From NCBI GenBank assembly GCA_001822835.1, contig MHSS01000005.1:1719-65718 (forward strand): a stretch of DNA of 64,000 nt, written 5' to 3'. This document shows positions 8,846 through 19,239 of the stretch, one piece after another (the stretch's first letter is position 1; each line of letters starts with the position of its first letter). Under the pieces are notes generated by a model. It ran no database searches. It was not told the origin of the DNA and worked only from the letters and a program-made list of their open reading frames with translations. The position numbers and the translations under genes were made by a program. This DNA comes from Candidatus Terrybacteria bacterium RIFCSPHIGHO2_01_FULL_48_17 (GTDB lineage: Bacteria; Patescibacteriota; Minisyncoccia; Terrybacterales; 2-01-FULL-58-14).

Positions 8846-10864
8846 TTAAATTCCAAGTTCTTCGTGAAAGACCTGACGCGCCTTTTCCGGTCCGCGGTCG
8901 GGATTCCTCACAGTATCCCCTACGAATCGGACTTCGGACATAAAGATGCGACCCTTGTGGGAAAGTGTACGGACGTACCCGACGCCCACATCAAGATTTT
9001 TAAGAAGGCTCTTCTCAAATCCGGTCATCCAAACGATCGTGCCAACCTGTAGTACGACCCGCTGTCCGTGGGTGGCGCTCCATTCCTCCACGGCAACTGC
9101 CACGTGGAAATTACCCTCGATGATAAGCTGACAATCGGAAGTTTCCAGACATTCCTGCGCACGCTGAGATGAGGCCTTTGTTCGTGCTTTGTAAGGGTGG
9201 AACATTTCAAGACACAGGCCCGACGGAAGGCGATATTTCTCGCATTGCACCACGTGTTCCGCGACAAGATCACGGAGCCCGCGCAGCACGATGTCGTGCC
9301 TGTACAAAAGCTTACCAATACCGCGCGCTACCGTATCAATAATTGTATCCCGGAAAATCCTCAATGGTTCATGGCCGTCTCGCGTTTGCCAATCATCATG
9401 GTTTCCGCGACGGAAAAGAAAAAGAATCAAACAGGCCGAAATAAGCGAACGAAGCTCCTCGTCGGAGGGCTTACGGGATGAGAAATTTGCAAACGCTCCG
9501 CGAAAACGCTCCCTAAATACCTTCAACATCACCTGAGCGCAAAGACGTCCGCTTAACTCCTCTTGATAGGTGTAGCTCTCAAAACCAGGAACAACCTCGC
9601 CCCGCAGCGTCAAATAATGATAGAGGCCCTGTATAAGGTCTCCCGCAATCGCAAGAACGTTCGTGCCGCTTTCAAGTATCAGTTCAGGAACACGGTTAAG
9701 GAAAAACTCATATTCGGTAAATGCGGAGCCGCCATGAAGACATGCTGCCGCAACCACCTTATCTTCCCGAAGTTCCCCCAAAGGAGGCAAGGGACATCGA
9801 AGTTCCCACTGAATCCATTCGGGATCAAAATCATAGCGCTGGGAATTCCCGTCAAAGAGAATCTTGGGCTGAAGACCGCTTCGATTATATCGGGCGATCT
9901 CGCGAGCAATGGTGCGACGACGAATGCCAAGCACATCCTCAAGGCGTCCAATAGTGCGGGGACCATATGTTTTGAGCTGCGCAAAAGTTTCCTTCAGCAC
10001 CGGGGTGGCTGCTTCAGGTACCGGGATCATTTCCCGCTCGTTTGCGGCAATATCCTTAAGACTATAAGTGCGGAAGGAGAATTCGGGAACCGGGGGATCG
10101 CGATCCTCCAGAAGCCGAAATTCCAACACACGAATCCCCACCTGGTTCTCGGTCGTGATAGTTTCGTCAGGTACGTGGGCCATCGGTACCGACATCCAAG
10201 GTTCGGATGATTCTCCCACAGGACGCGCCACAGAAGTACCGCCACAGTCGCTAGACCAAATGGCAGGGGGTTTCTGTTTGGATTGTTTTCGTTTTTCTCG
10301 GATGAAGCGTTCTGGACGCACGGAGTAGTTTGCAACTCCACCAAGCTGTGCAACGCCGCGGTGCGGCAGCACTACCCAAAGATCATCGCCCCGATCAAAT
10401 TCCCGGAGCTTTTCAAGCCCCTTAAGATCAAGGCGACCACTCGTTTCATCCCAAAAACGGACGTCATCAAGATTGTACGGCTCCTGCCGCCTAATTTCTG
10501 CGAGACGTGCCGCGACCTCCTTGCCAATTATGCCATCGTAATTGGTGGCGGGACTCGTAAAGATGTAATACTTCACAAGATGGCCGCGCTTGTTGCGAAT
10601 CTCGGGCAAAAGTCGTGCAAGATTTTGCGCGGTCTGCTCAACAAGCTCTTCGTATGCTTCCGCGCGCTTTTTACCGGCTCCCTTGGGAAGCTTTGCAAGA
10701 AGATGTTTTGAAGAAACGAGACCTCCTTGGATAATCACAAACTTCGCCTCGTCTATGCCGGTAGCAATTGTCTTTAATGCATCCAGTATCCAGCGACGGA
10801 AACCCGGACGGCCGTAATCAAGCCGTGAAATAACGGCAACCGCTTCTCCATGCTTTTCAGACAT
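8846..10864 (-). CDS. HTH-containing calcineurin-like metallophosphoesterase
   Basis: C-terminal CLHGG, IAGDLIQG, RGNHD, MFHP, GNFH; central HTH-like PRTIGRLEDVLGIRRRTIAREI; GAGGTG RBS before ATG 10864. Confidence 0.65.
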   Translation of the reverse strand: MSEKHGEAVAVISRLDYGRPGFRRWILDALKTIATGIDEAKFVIIQGGLVSSKHLLAKLPKGAGKKRAEAYEELVEQTAQNLARLLPEIRNKRGHLVKYYIFTSPATNYDGIIGKEVAARLAEIRRQEPYNLDDVRFWDETSGRLDLKGLEKLREFDRGDDLWVVLPHRGVAQLGGVANYSVRPERFIREKRKQSKQKPPAIWSSDCGGTSVARPVGESSEPWMSVPMAHVPDETITTENQVGIRVLEFRLLEDRDPPVPEFSFRTYSLKDIAANEREMIPVPEAATPVLKETFAQLKTYGPRTIGRLEDVLGIRRRTIAREIARYNRSGLQPKILFDGNSQRYDFDPEWIQWELRCPLPPLGELREDKVVAAACLHGGSAFTEYEFFLNRVPELILESGTNVLAIAGDLIQGLYHYLTLRGEVVPGFESYTYQEELSGRLCAQVMLKVFRERFRGAFANFSSRKPSDEELRSLISACLILFLFRRGNHDDWQTRDGHEPLRIFRDTIIDTVARGIGKLLYRHDIVLRGLRDLVAEHVVQCEKYRLPSGLCLEMFHPYKARTKASSQRAQECLETSDCQLIIEGNFHVAVAVEEWSATHGQRVVLQVGTIVWMTGFEKSLLKNLDVGVGYVRTLSHKGRIFMSEVRFVGDTVRNPDRGPEKARQVFHEELGI

Positions 10865-10913
10865 CAGAGTCACCTCTTCCTTTTTTTTCTTTACAAGGTT
10901 CTCGTGTGCCTTC

Positions 10914-10942
10914 ACCGTAGCAAATGGGGGCTATCACGTCAA
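10914..10942 (-). promoter_or_regulatory. sigma70-type promoter
   Basis: TTGACG-17 nt-TACGGT with TG extension. Confidence 0.5.
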
Positions 10943-10974
10943 GACAAAACCCGCAGGTTATGCGGGTGAATACA

Positions 10975-11511
10975 TTATGTGAGTTTAAGAAGCTCGCTCA
11001 GCGTAAACACGCGATGCAGACGTATCTCTAAGGAAGAAAGAAGCTTTTCGGCGCCTTGCTGGCGATCTACTGCAACTAAGGCGTCCTTTACCACCAAACC
11101 TTCCTTTCGCAAAATGCGTGCCGCAAACGTGATACTCTGTCCCGTCGTGGCAACATCATCTATGAGCAACACTCGTTTTGTTTTTTCGTATAAGCCAAGA
11201 ATAGGAAGATCTAGGCCCGTTTGCTTTCGCTCCAGTACCGGGCTTAACGACGGTATGCCGGATAAGATCTCAATTGCCCCAACCAGTCGAGAGGGTGCGG
11301 TGGGCACATCGGCAATATAATCACACGAAGTTTTTATTGCCTTCATGACTACAAGCATCGCACGGGCAAGGCGTACAAATGTTTTAAAACGAGAAGGCAC
11401 GCGTCGAAGATCGACATATACGGACGCGTCTTGCCCTCCGGAAAGCAAAAAATCTCCGCGCTGTACGCACCCCATCGCTACCAATTCGCGCGCCAAGAGT
11501 ATGTTTCTCAA
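10975..11511 (-). CDS. pyrE: Orotate phosphoribosyltransferase
   Basis: GDFLLSGG..SVYVDLR, VLLIDDVATTGQS, VDRQQG; TTG start after AAGGAGG. Confidence 0.85.
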   Translation of the reverse strand: MRNILLARELVAMGCVQRGDFLLSGGQDASVYVDLRRVPSRFKTFVRLARAMLVVMKAIKTSCDYIADVPTAPSRLVGAIEILSGIPSLSPVLERKQTGLDLPILGLYEKTKRVLLIDDVATTGQSITFAARILRKEGLVVKDALVAVDRQQGAEKLLSSLEIRLHRVFTLSELLKLT

Positions 11512-11527
11512 TAAACCCTCCTTTTTC

Positions 11528-12793
11528 TTATGAGAACACCAGCTGTCGTTGTACGAACCATACCGCAATCGCAACAATATATCCTGCAATCGCAGGAAGC
11601 GTTGCGATGCGAAGGTAGGCACCAAAAGTTAGATCTTTTACCATTCCCATAGCGATAACTCCTGCTGCGGACCCGATAACAAGTATTGAGCCGCCGATGC
11701 CTGCCGTGAGCGCAAGCAACACCCATATACTCGGATCAGATGTTTTTATAATTTCGATTGCTGCGGCAGTTAAAGGAATATTATCAACCACTGCAGAAAA
11801 CACTCCAAGTGCCGTGCTTCCCGCAACGAGCCGGATAAAAGACGGACTTTCTCCAAAAAGCATCTGCGACGCATCCTCCAGCAAGCCCACATGCCCTAGC
11901 GCCCCAACCGCCAAAAGAATACCTGCAAAAAACAGCAAGCTTTCCGAGTTAACTTCTTGAAAGATTTTTTTCATGGTAATTGTCAAATGCGTTTCTCTCG
12001 GTCCGAAGTTTCGGAACAGAAGAATAAAAGCATAGGTCAGGCCAATCCCCGCAAAAAGTCCAAAATAGGGCTCAAGCCCCATTTCGCTGAACATCACGGG
12101 CAGCGAAAAAGATCCGAGCGCTACGCCAATAATGCATCGTTCTGACCACGACAGCGAAACTTCTTCCGCAGAAAGATCGCGGGTGCTATGTTTCATGCCT
12201 CGCGCCAACAGCCAGGTACTCACCAAAAGCATGCTTAACGAAGGAAAAAACCCTTCAGTAATAACCTGTTGTGCCGAGAACTTGCCGGCGAGCCACAGCA
12301 TAATGGTGGTTACGTCACCTATGGGAGAAAAGGCACCCCCAGCGTTTGCGGCGATCACAATGCCCGTAACGGCAATAAGCAGGTTTTTGCCGCGAAAGAA
12401 GCGAAGGGCAATTTGTACCATAACAATGGTGGCCGTTAAGTTATCAATCACTGCCGAAAGCCCAAAGGTAAGCACTCCCAATGCCCAAAATTGCTGAAGA
12501 TCCGTAAGGCCAAGTTTGAGCAGGTGCGCCCGGATAAAGTCAAACAGCCGATAGTGAGCCAATATCCCGACCAGCATCATGGCGGCAAACAGAAAAAATA
12601 CGAACCCAAAAATCTCGCCGCCAAGCGCTTGTGTTTCCTCTTTCAACGTATCGCCTTGCCAGAGCGCAATTACAAGCCATAGCGCGACCCCCAAGGATGC
12701 TGCTGTTACGGCTTTGGGAAGGTACCAACGGTGCTCAAGAACGATCAGTGCGTATCCCGACAGAAAAAAGCCCAGAACCACTGCCTCGAACAT
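11528..12793 (-). CDS. nhaD: Na+/H+ antiporter NhaD family
   Basis: SAVIDNLTAT, AANAGGAFSPIGDVTTIMLW, SAVVDNIPL, GGSILVIGSAAGV. Confidence 0.9.
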   Translation of the reverse strand: MFEAVVLGFFLSGYALIVLEHRWYLPKAVTAASLGVALWLVIALWQGDTLKEETQALGGEIFGFVFFLFAAMMLVGILAHYRLFDFIRAHLLKLGLTDLQQFWALGVLTFGLSAVIDNLTATIVMVQIALRFFRGKNLLIAVTGIVIAANAGGAFSPIGDVTTIMLWLAGKFSAQQVITEGFFPSLSMLLVSTWLLARGMKHSTRDLSAEEVSLSWSERCIIGVALGSFSLPVMFSEMGLEPYFGLFAGIGLTYAFILLFRNFGPRETHLTITMKKIFQEVNSESLLFFAGILLAVGALGHVGLLEDASQMLFGESPSFIRLVAGSTALGVFSAVVDNIPLTAAAIEIIKTSDPSIWVLLALTAGIGGSILVIGSAAGVIAMGMVKDLTFGAYLRIATLPAIAGYIVAIAVWFVQRQLVFS

Positions 12794-12828
12794 TCCGCCT
12801 CCTTTTTATCAAAGAACTTGTTGGTAAT

Positions 12829-12857
12829 ATTATACGCGAAATGAGTTAGGAAGTCAA
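12829..12857 (-). promoter_or_regulatory. Near-consensus sigma70 promoter of nhaD-pyrE
   Basis: TTGACT-17 nt-TATAAT. Confidence 0.75.
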
Positions 12858-12919
12858 GAAAAAGAAAACCTCCACGTTCTCGTGGAGGGAAAAAAATTAG
12901 TGATTACACTTCGGCTGGC

Positions 12920-13282
12920 TCAATGCGAGCATGGACGAGGCGTTCCGCCTCCATCATCAGCATCGAATGATTGGCCGCATGCGCAGGACTTTGTCGCGTT
13001 TGGGTTGAAAATGGTGAAACCCGAGCGCATCACGTCCTCATGGTAATCGATTTCAGCGCCGTCAAGCAATGGGGCGCTGTCTGGGTCAATGACGAGTTTC
13101 ACGCCATGCTGTTGTGTAATCAAATCTTCCTCATCAACCGTTTTTACAAGCGCCATGCCGTATTGATAGCCAGAGCATCCGCCACCAACCACAAATACAC
13201 GCAGGTAGCCGTCCTCAATTCCCTTTTCTGCAAGAAGCGCTTTTGCTTTTTCTGCTGCTTGTTCGGTAACCGTCAGGTTCAC
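12920..13282 (-). CDS. A-type Fe-S carrier (IscA/SufA/ErpA, HesB family)
   Basis: LRVFVVGGGCSGYQY, FNPNATKSCACGQSF; AAGGAG RBS. Confidence 0.93.
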   Translation of the reverse strand: MNLTVTEQAAEKAKALLAEKGIEDGYLRVFVVGGGCSGYQYGMALVKTVDEEDLITQQHGVKLVIDPDSAPLLDGAEIDYHEDVMRSGFTIFNPNATKSCACGQSFDADDGGGTPRPCSH

Positions 13283-13364
13283 GGCTTACTCCTTCTTTCT
13301 TTCGGAAGTGACAACGCGCGTCTATACACGTATTTCATACTTCTTCTTTTTTCAAGCCGCCCTC

Positions 13365-13393
13365 ATGATATGCTGTCCCATGTTTTGCGTCAA
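13365..13393 (-). promoter_or_regulatory. sigma70-type promoter of A-type carrier gene
   Basis: TTGACG-17 nt-TATCAT. Confidence 0.65.
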
Positions 13394-13419
13394 GCACCGC
13401 CGTGGTGTATGAATACTCT

Positions 13420-14220
13420 ATGAGGTTCCTCCCCATCATCTTTTTTGGATCTTTGGGAATCGCAATGGTTAGCGCAGCGATTTTGAGCGTAGATCGAGCG
13501 GGCATTATTGATATCCCAAGCCCGATACGTTTTTTGCATGAACAACAACAAGAGGTCTCACTGCCTGAAGCGCAAACGTATACACCGCAAACAGCTTTTC
13601 CTGCTGCGGGAAAACAAGAGGATGATGCTGCCCAAACCATCCCCAGAGATACGCTCCCCATAGAAATAAATCTTTCTGTTCCCTTTACCTCACAGGCACC
13701 GCATCAAAACTGGGAAATGCCTTGGCAAGAATATTGTGAGGAAGCGTCAGTTCTTATGGCCGGACACTATTTTTTAGGAAAGAATATCCCAAACGCTAAC
13801 TATGCCGATCAGGAACTGCATCGTATTCAAGCGTTTGAGGAAGAACGATTAGGATACTATAAAGATACCACCGCGGAAGAAACGGCGATGGTACTTCGTG
13901 AATTTTATGGCGTGGCCAATGTAGTGGTAGAAGAAGCGAGCATTGAAAGAATGAGACAAGCGGTTGCACAGGGCAAGCTTGTTTTGGTACCTGCGGCCGG
14001 AAGACAACTTGGCAATCCTTACTTTACCCAACCGGGGCCCTTGTATCACATGCTCGTCATCAAAGGATATACTAAAGACGGACGTTTCATTACTAACGAC
14101 CCAGGCACCCGACGCGGAGAAAATTACCTATACAATCCCGAGGTAATCCTTAATGCTGCGCACGATTGGAACGACGGCGATGTTGAACACGGAGCAAAAG
14201 TAATGATTGTTGCTGGATAG
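13420..14220 (+). CDS. Exported peptidase C39-like protein
   Basis: N-terminal TM; VPFTSQAP, CEEAS (Cys), HMLVIKGY (His), TNDPG (Asp). Confidence 0.8.
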   Translation: MRFLPIIFFGSLGIAMVSAAILSVDRAGIIDIPSPIRFLHEQQQEVSLPEAQTYTPQTAFPAAGKQEDDAAQTIPRDTLPIEINLSVPFTSQAPHQNWEMPWQEYCEEASVLMAGHYFLGKNIPNANYADQELHRIQAFEEERLGYYKDTTAEETAMVLREFYGVANVVVEEASIERMRQAVAQGKLVLVPAAGRQLGNPYFTQPGPLYHMLVIKGYTKDGRFITNDPGTRRGENYLYNPEVILNAAHDWNDGDVEHGAKVMIVAG

Positions 14221-14242
14221 ATCTTCTTCTATTATCAATAAC

Positions 14243-14277
14243 AATGCACGCGCCTTTTGAGAGGCCGTGCATTTTTT
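14243..14277. terminator. Terminator between convergent genes
   Basis: AATGCACGcGCCT...AGGCCGTGCATT plus T-run. Confidence 0.6.
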
Positions 14278-14292
14278 GCAAAACGATCTTTC

Positions 14293-15531
14293 TTATTCGT
14301 ACCTTAGCGCTTCTACGGGATCCAGGCGCGCGGCTCTGCGCGCCGGATATAATCCAAAAACAATACCTACTCCCGTAGATACCAAAAGCCCGATAACCAT
14401 TGCTTGAAACGGAAACACGAATTTCCACGAAGCGCCCAAGGCAGCGGATAATGCAAAAGATGCGGCGTACCCTAAGATAACGCCAAGCAAAATTCCCACA
14501 ACCCCTCCGGTTGCGGTAAGCAAAACCGCCTCCAAAAGAAACTGGCTTAAAATATCACGATTGGTTGCGCCGACTGCTTTTCGGATACCAATTTCACGAG
14601 TCCGTTCGGTAACCGAAACAAGCATAATGTTCATAATGCCGATACCGCCCACCACAAGCGATATTGCCGCCACTGCGGTCAACAACGCCGTCAAAACACC
14701 CGTTACAATAGAAACACGCTCGGCGGCATCGGCCGGCGTGGTAATATGGAAATCGTCTTTGTCGGGATCAGAAATTCCATGGTTTGCTCGCAAAAGTGCC
14801 GCGATATCTAAGGCGACGCGATCAATAACATCTTCGCTTTCAACACGAATTACAATCGCTTGGAAAAAATCGGTTCCGGTCAAATACTGTTGGGCGGCGG
14901 TATAAGGCACCATGATAAAATCGTCCACATTAAAAAAACCCGTGCTCCCAAGACGCGGTATTACCCCAACGACTTTAAAATTCACGTTTTTTATTTTAAT
15001 GATTTGCCCTACGGCTTCCGATTCGCCAAAAAGTTTGGAGCGCACCTCGGCACCCAAAACCGCAACAAGCGCTCGTTGGCGTAAATCCTCATCCGTAAAA
15101 AACATGCCCTCTTCCGGAAATACTTCGAGGATCTCTGCAAAAAGTTTTGTGGTACCAATAGTGCTTGCGCGCGTACTCTCGTTGCGCCAATTAACGGTAT
15201 AGTTGCCAATAACCTCCGGTGAAACATCGGTAATGCCCGGAACGTTCCCCGGCATACTTAATGCCTTTACGTCCTTTTCTTTCAAGGAATCCGTGAAAAG
15301 TTCAACTAAATCAGACGGACCGCTTGGCTCCCTTCCGGGCTCAATAAACATTGTCCTTGACCCAAACCCCTCTAGTTGCCCTAAAATAAGCGCCTCTGCC
15401 CCCTGCCCTACAGAAACAATAAGCATAATCGAGGTTATCCCGATCACAATACCAAGAATGGTTAATAACGAACGCGATACGTTCGCACTAAGCGCCCGCA
15501 CTGCAATACGAAAAAGATCGATGGCCGTCAT
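14293..15531 (-). CDS. MacB/FtsX-family ABC permease
   Basis: RSLLTILGIVIGI, GGIGIMNIMLVSVTERTREIGIRKAVGA, PARRAARLDPVEALRYE. Confidence 0.95.
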   Translation of the reverse strand: MTAIDLFRIAVRALSANVSRSLLTILGIVIGITSIMLIVSVGQGAEALILGQLEGFGSRTMFIEPGREPSGPSDLVELFTDSLKEKDVKALSMPGNVPGITDVSPEVIGNYTVNWRNESTRASTIGTTKLFAEILEVFPEEGMFFTDEDLRQRALVAVLGAEVRSKLFGESEAVGQIIKIKNVNFKVVGVIPRLGSTGFFNVDDFIMVPYTAAQQYLTGTDFFQAIVIRVESEDVIDRVALDIAALLRANHGISDPDKDDFHITTPADAAERVSIVTGVLTALLTAVAAISLVVGGIGIMNIMLVSVTERTREIGIRKAVGATNRDILSQFLLEAVLLTATGGVVGILLGVILGYAASFALSAALGASWKFVFPFQAMVIGLLVSTGVGIVFGLYPARRAARLDPVEALRYE

Positions 15532-15540
15532 AACTCTTAT

Positions 15541-16257
15541 CTATTTGAGAAATTCGTGATCGTGTGCAATCCGACGTTCTTTGACGCCGGAATCGTTCTC
15601 AATTTTCCCATCACGCATAAAAATAATACGCTGCGCATGTTGGGCGGTATAGGTTTCGTGGGTTACCAACACAACCGTATGTCCCGCCCGATTAAGTTCT
15701 TGCAAGAGTTTCATAATTTGAATGCCCGAGTTTGAATCGAGGTTTCCGGTGGGCTCGTCCGCAAAAATTACCGAGGGTTCGTTCACCATAGCGCGCGCGA
15801 TCGCAACCCGTTGTTTCTCCCCTCCGGATAATTGATTGGAAAAATGCTGCAGTCGGTGCGACAAGCCAACCTGTTCGATAACCTGGCGCGCCTTGTTGTT
15901 GCGTTCACGCACGGACATATGTGCGTAGACCAAAGGCAGCATGACGTTGTTCAAAACGCTTGTACGACCCAACAAATTAAAGGATTGAAATACAAACCCC
16001 ATGCGGGTATTGCGTACATGGGCAAGCGCATCGTCGGATAGCTCTTCAATTGCTTTACCCTCAAAACGATACACGCCCCGGGAAGGTCGATCAAGGAAAC
16101 TTAAAATGTGAAGCAGAGTGGATTTCCCCGAGCCCGACGGCCCCATGATGGCAACGAACTCTCCTTTATTAATCCCAAAAGAAATACCGCGCAACGCGTA
16201 CGTTGCGCTTCCGTCCTCGTTATACGCTTTCTCAACGTTTGAAACGTCAATAAGCAT
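15541..16257 (-). CDS. MacB/LolD-family ABC ATP-binding protein
   Basis: [29 protein letters not shown]. Confidence 0.95.
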   Translation of the reverse strand: MLIDVSNVEKAYNEDGSATYALRGISFGINKGEFVAIMGPSGSGKSTLLHILSFLDRPSRGVYRFEGKAIEELSDDALAHVRNTRMGFVFQSFNLLGRTSVLNNVMLPLVYAHMSVRERNNKARQVIEQVGLSHRLQHFSNQLSGGEKQRVAIARAMVNEPSVIFADEPTGNLDSNSGIQIMKLLQELNRAGHTVVLVTHETYTAQHAQRIIFMRDGKIENDSGVKERRIAHDHEFLK

Positions 16258-16267
16258 AAAATGCCCT

Positions 16268-17848
16268 CTATTTTTTCTCGTAATTAATAATTTCCTGGCC
16301 TTGCGAAAGTCCTTCCGTAATTTCTACCATGCCATCCAGTGTCCTAATGCCAATAGAAACCTCAATACGTTCAATTCCCTCGCGGGCAACTGTCCGCACA
16401 TAGCGCTTCCCCCCTTCCTCGATAATTGAACGTTGCGGCACAAACAAAACGTCTTCTGCTTTTTCTGTTTCAATATTCAGATTTGCCGTCATGCCGGCAC
16501 GCACGCGCTCGTCATCCGTTTCAATACTTGCTTGCAGACGATACGTCACCACGCCTCCCACGAGTTTTTGTGCCGGGTCAATAAAAAACACGGAGCCCGA
16601 ATATGCGGCATCGGGGACGGCATCTAAAGTAATCCCCACCTGGTCTCCTTGGGAAATGCGCGCTATATCCGCCTCGGGAACCTGTGCCTCGATAGAAAAC
16701 GGATCGCGCGATATAAGCCCGAGGGCAGGGACGGTTACGGAAGCGATCTCGCCCACGCGGACATCCACCTTCGTCACAATAGCTGCGGAAGGTGATTTGA
16801 GAATCCGGTCGCCCAGCGCAGCACGGGCTGCATCCAGATTGGCAGAAGCACTTGCGATCTGCGCCTCAAGCGCCGCCAAATCAACTTGACGGGGCGCTGC
16901 TTGCTTTAAGGCAAGCTGAGCTTTAGCGCTGGCAAGAGTGGCCTCGGCATTGTTGATACTCGCGTCGTTTGAGGATTTCACAGACGCGATTGCCTGCTCA
17001 TCGCTCCGCAATGTTGCAGAATAGATATCAAGGTCGGTAAGAACCGCTTGCACCGCGTCTTTGTCTGTGTCGGTTTGCAGCGCGTTATATGTTGCTTGGA
17101 CAGCCGTGCGGATTGTTACAATGTTTGTTTGCAAAGACACCAACGCCGCATCGATTGAAGCAGTGGCAGTAGAACCCGCAATAGAAGCGGCCGTGGACTT
17201 TATGGTATTGCGCGCGGAATCGGCAGGAGCCATGGATGCTTCGGCATTTTGCACTAAAGCACTCGAGATATAATAAGCACCCCACGTCTTCCAACACCAT
17301 TTAGCGATAGATGCGCATGGCTCCATGTAATCATCGAGGGTGCTCATTGCGCCATCGCTTTTTACCGAAGCATTTTGGATCGTATTAAAAGCATCTAAAT
17401 ATTCCTTCTCAAGCGCCTTGTCAGCAGCATCTCTGGCATTGACAAGCGAGGTTTCTGCAGATGCAACTGCCTGCGCTGTAACTTGTATGTCTTCATCTGA
17501 AGCACCGGCTATTTTTTGATTATAGTTGGCGCGGGCTGTTGCAAGCGCGGCCTCGGCCTGCCGCACCTGCGCCTGGGTAGAAGCGGTGTCAAGCCGCGCA
17601 AGTTCCTGGCCAGCTTCCACCTTATCGCCCACGGCAACATTTATTTTTGAAACACGGCCGGCCGCAGCAAAAGAAAGCATAACTTCCTCGGCGGGCTTTA
17701 CCGTTCCTGTTGCTAAAACTTCTTCAACCAATGTCCCGCGCTCAACTGTAACAAACTCGTATGCCGGCTCGTCTTTCCGTAAAACAAAAAAAACTACAAC
17801 ACCTAAAATTACCGCGATGCCTGTTCCCGCAATAAAAAATCGCTTCAT
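16268..17848 (-). CDS. MacA/HlyD-type efflux adaptor with long coiled coil
   Basis: TM anchor, GRVSKINVAVGDKVEAGQELARLD, VPEADI, GMTAN; start ATG 17848. Confidence 0.9.
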   Translation of the reverse strand: MKRFFIAGTGIAVILGVVVFFVLRKDEPAYEFVTVERGTLVEEVLATGTVKPAEEVMLSFAAAGRVSKINVAVGDKVEAGQELARLDTASTQAQVRQAEAALATARANYNQKIAGASDEDIQVTAQAVASAETSLVNARDAADKALEKEYLDAFNTIQNASVKSDGAMSTLDDYMEPCASIAKWCWKTWGAYYISSALVQNAEASMAPADSARNTIKSTAASIAGSTATASIDAALVSLQTNIVTIRTAVQATYNALQTDTDKDAVQAVLTDLDIYSATLRSDEQAIASVKSSNDASINNAEATLASAKAQLALKQAAPRQVDLAALEAQIASASANLDAARAALGDRILKSPSAAIVTKVDVRVGEIASVTVPALGLISRDPFSIEAQVPEADIARISQGDQVGITLDAVPDAAYSGSVFFIDPAQKLVGGVVTYRLQASIETDDERVRAGMTANLNIETEKAEDVLFVPQRSIIEEGGKRYVRTVAREGIERIEVSIGIRTLDGMVEITEGLSQGQEIINYEKK

Positions 17849-17942
17849 AGCCAATTTTATTATACCACAGCCCACCGGATCGGTGGGCTGGAAAACGATA
17901 TAAGATTTAACGACACATGCCGCGCAGGCATCCGATCACTCT

Positions 17943-18623
17943 TTACGGATGGGTCGCATGATCGCCCGGTCCGCCGCAGCCATCAGAGAGGTTCCAGACC
18001 TCGGTTAACTGTTCTCCGGTGAAACCGTAGTTTTGAATGAGTAGTTTTGCTAAGCCGCCATAGACGTACCATCGCCAACACTTACAGCAACACGGACCTT
18101 TCTCGTTGGAGTTTTGCATCGCATAATCATATGCCTGTTGTTGTCCGGGCGTTAATTCAACGTCGTAGTAAGCCGCAAGCTCCTGCGCTAACTTCGCGTC
18201 AATGTCGTAGGGGTCCGGCGGAATCTCAGGAATGTCCGCGTACTTTTTTAGGCCATCCACCTGCTCGGCATAGCGATGGGGATCCATGGCGCTGCAACAG
18301 GAGCCCTGCAATCGCTCGCTGCCGGTTGTTCCGGAAGCGATGGACTGTCGGAACGAAGCCGAACACGACGAGTTGCCGTTCTGGCTTAAATACTCAAACT
18401 TCGCCGCAAGCGCCTCAGAAACGTTTGCTGCATCTTTCGGAGTCGATCCTTGGGGAGAAAGATGGAACAACTGTTTTCCGGTTCCTGTAAAGATAAAATA
18501 TGCAGCAACGGCAGCAACACTCACAATAAGCAACGGATGGAGTTGTTTCATATGCTTTGCTGCCGGTTTTTGACTTTCATCCTGAAGATGCGCCGGCATA
18601 TCGTTTTTTGTTTCATCATCCAT
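17943..18623 (-). CDS. Membrane-anchored cysteine-rich hypothetical protein
   Basis: TM helix; SSCS, GSCC, GPCCCKCWRW, DGCGG. Confidence 0.75.
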   Translation of the reverse strand: MDDETKNDMPAHLQDESQKPAAKHMKQLHPLLIVSVAAVAAYFIFTGTGKQLFHLSPQGSTPKDAANVSEALAAKFEYLSQNGNSSCSASFRQSIASGTTGSERLQGSCCSAMDPHRYAEQVDGLKKYADIPEIPPDPYDIDAKLAQELAAYYDVELTPGQQQAYDYAMQNSNEKGPCCCKCWRWYVYGGLAKLLIQNYGFTGEQLTEVWNLSDGCGGPGDHATHP

Positions 18624-18759
18624 AGATATTGAAATTAATTTTGAAAACGGAATAACCAAAACAAAAACTAGCGCCTAAAATCCGCGCCCAGTCGTAACCC
18701 GACTGCCTGACGGATCCGCCTATGCCACCGAAAGCGTGCTTCGGCGGACAGGTCGCGCG

Positions 18760-19194
18760 CTAGCTTAAACTAAAAGCTGGTTCGTAGAGTAACGATTGGA
18801 CAATGCCGCGTTGAAACATTCGCTCAAAGCCCGAGAGCAGACATCGCATGAGCATAAGCGTATATGTCCGCATGTGCGACAGATATGCTTTTTCAAAACT
18901 CCGAATCCCTGATTGAACTAACACAAAAACTCCAATGGAAAAAAGGAGGGATAAAAAGGTGTTGCGAAAAACCTCATTAACGATCGTTGATTGCAACGTC
19001 ACATGCAAATCGGGAAGCGGCTGAAAGAAACAGCATTTGCTGTCTGACATCGTCTGCATCGCAACGTCCATATGATCCATTCCTGCATGCGTAAAGAAAA
19101 CACAGGGCGTTAAAACCGCCCAAAGCAGCAAGAACCCGAGAACAGAAACCGCGAACTGGGAATATCCTTTCTGCATAACCACGATAATATACAC
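18760..19194 (-). CDS. Hypothetical membrane protein with His/Met/Cys patch
   Basis: Two hydrophobic segments flanking HAGMDHMDVAM..KCC; start uncertain. Confidence 0.55.
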   Translation of the reverse strand: MYIIVVMQKGYSQFAVSVLGFLLLWAVLTPCVFFTHAGMDHMDVAMQTMSDSKCCFFQPLPDLHVTLQSTIVNEVFRNTFLSLLFSIGVFVLVQSGIRSFEKAYLSHMRTYTLMLMRCLLSGFERMFQRGIVQSLLYEPAFSLS

Positions 19195-19239
19195 GATACC
19201 ACTAACCCGTCTAGTATTCCTAAAAATTATTTTTCGATA

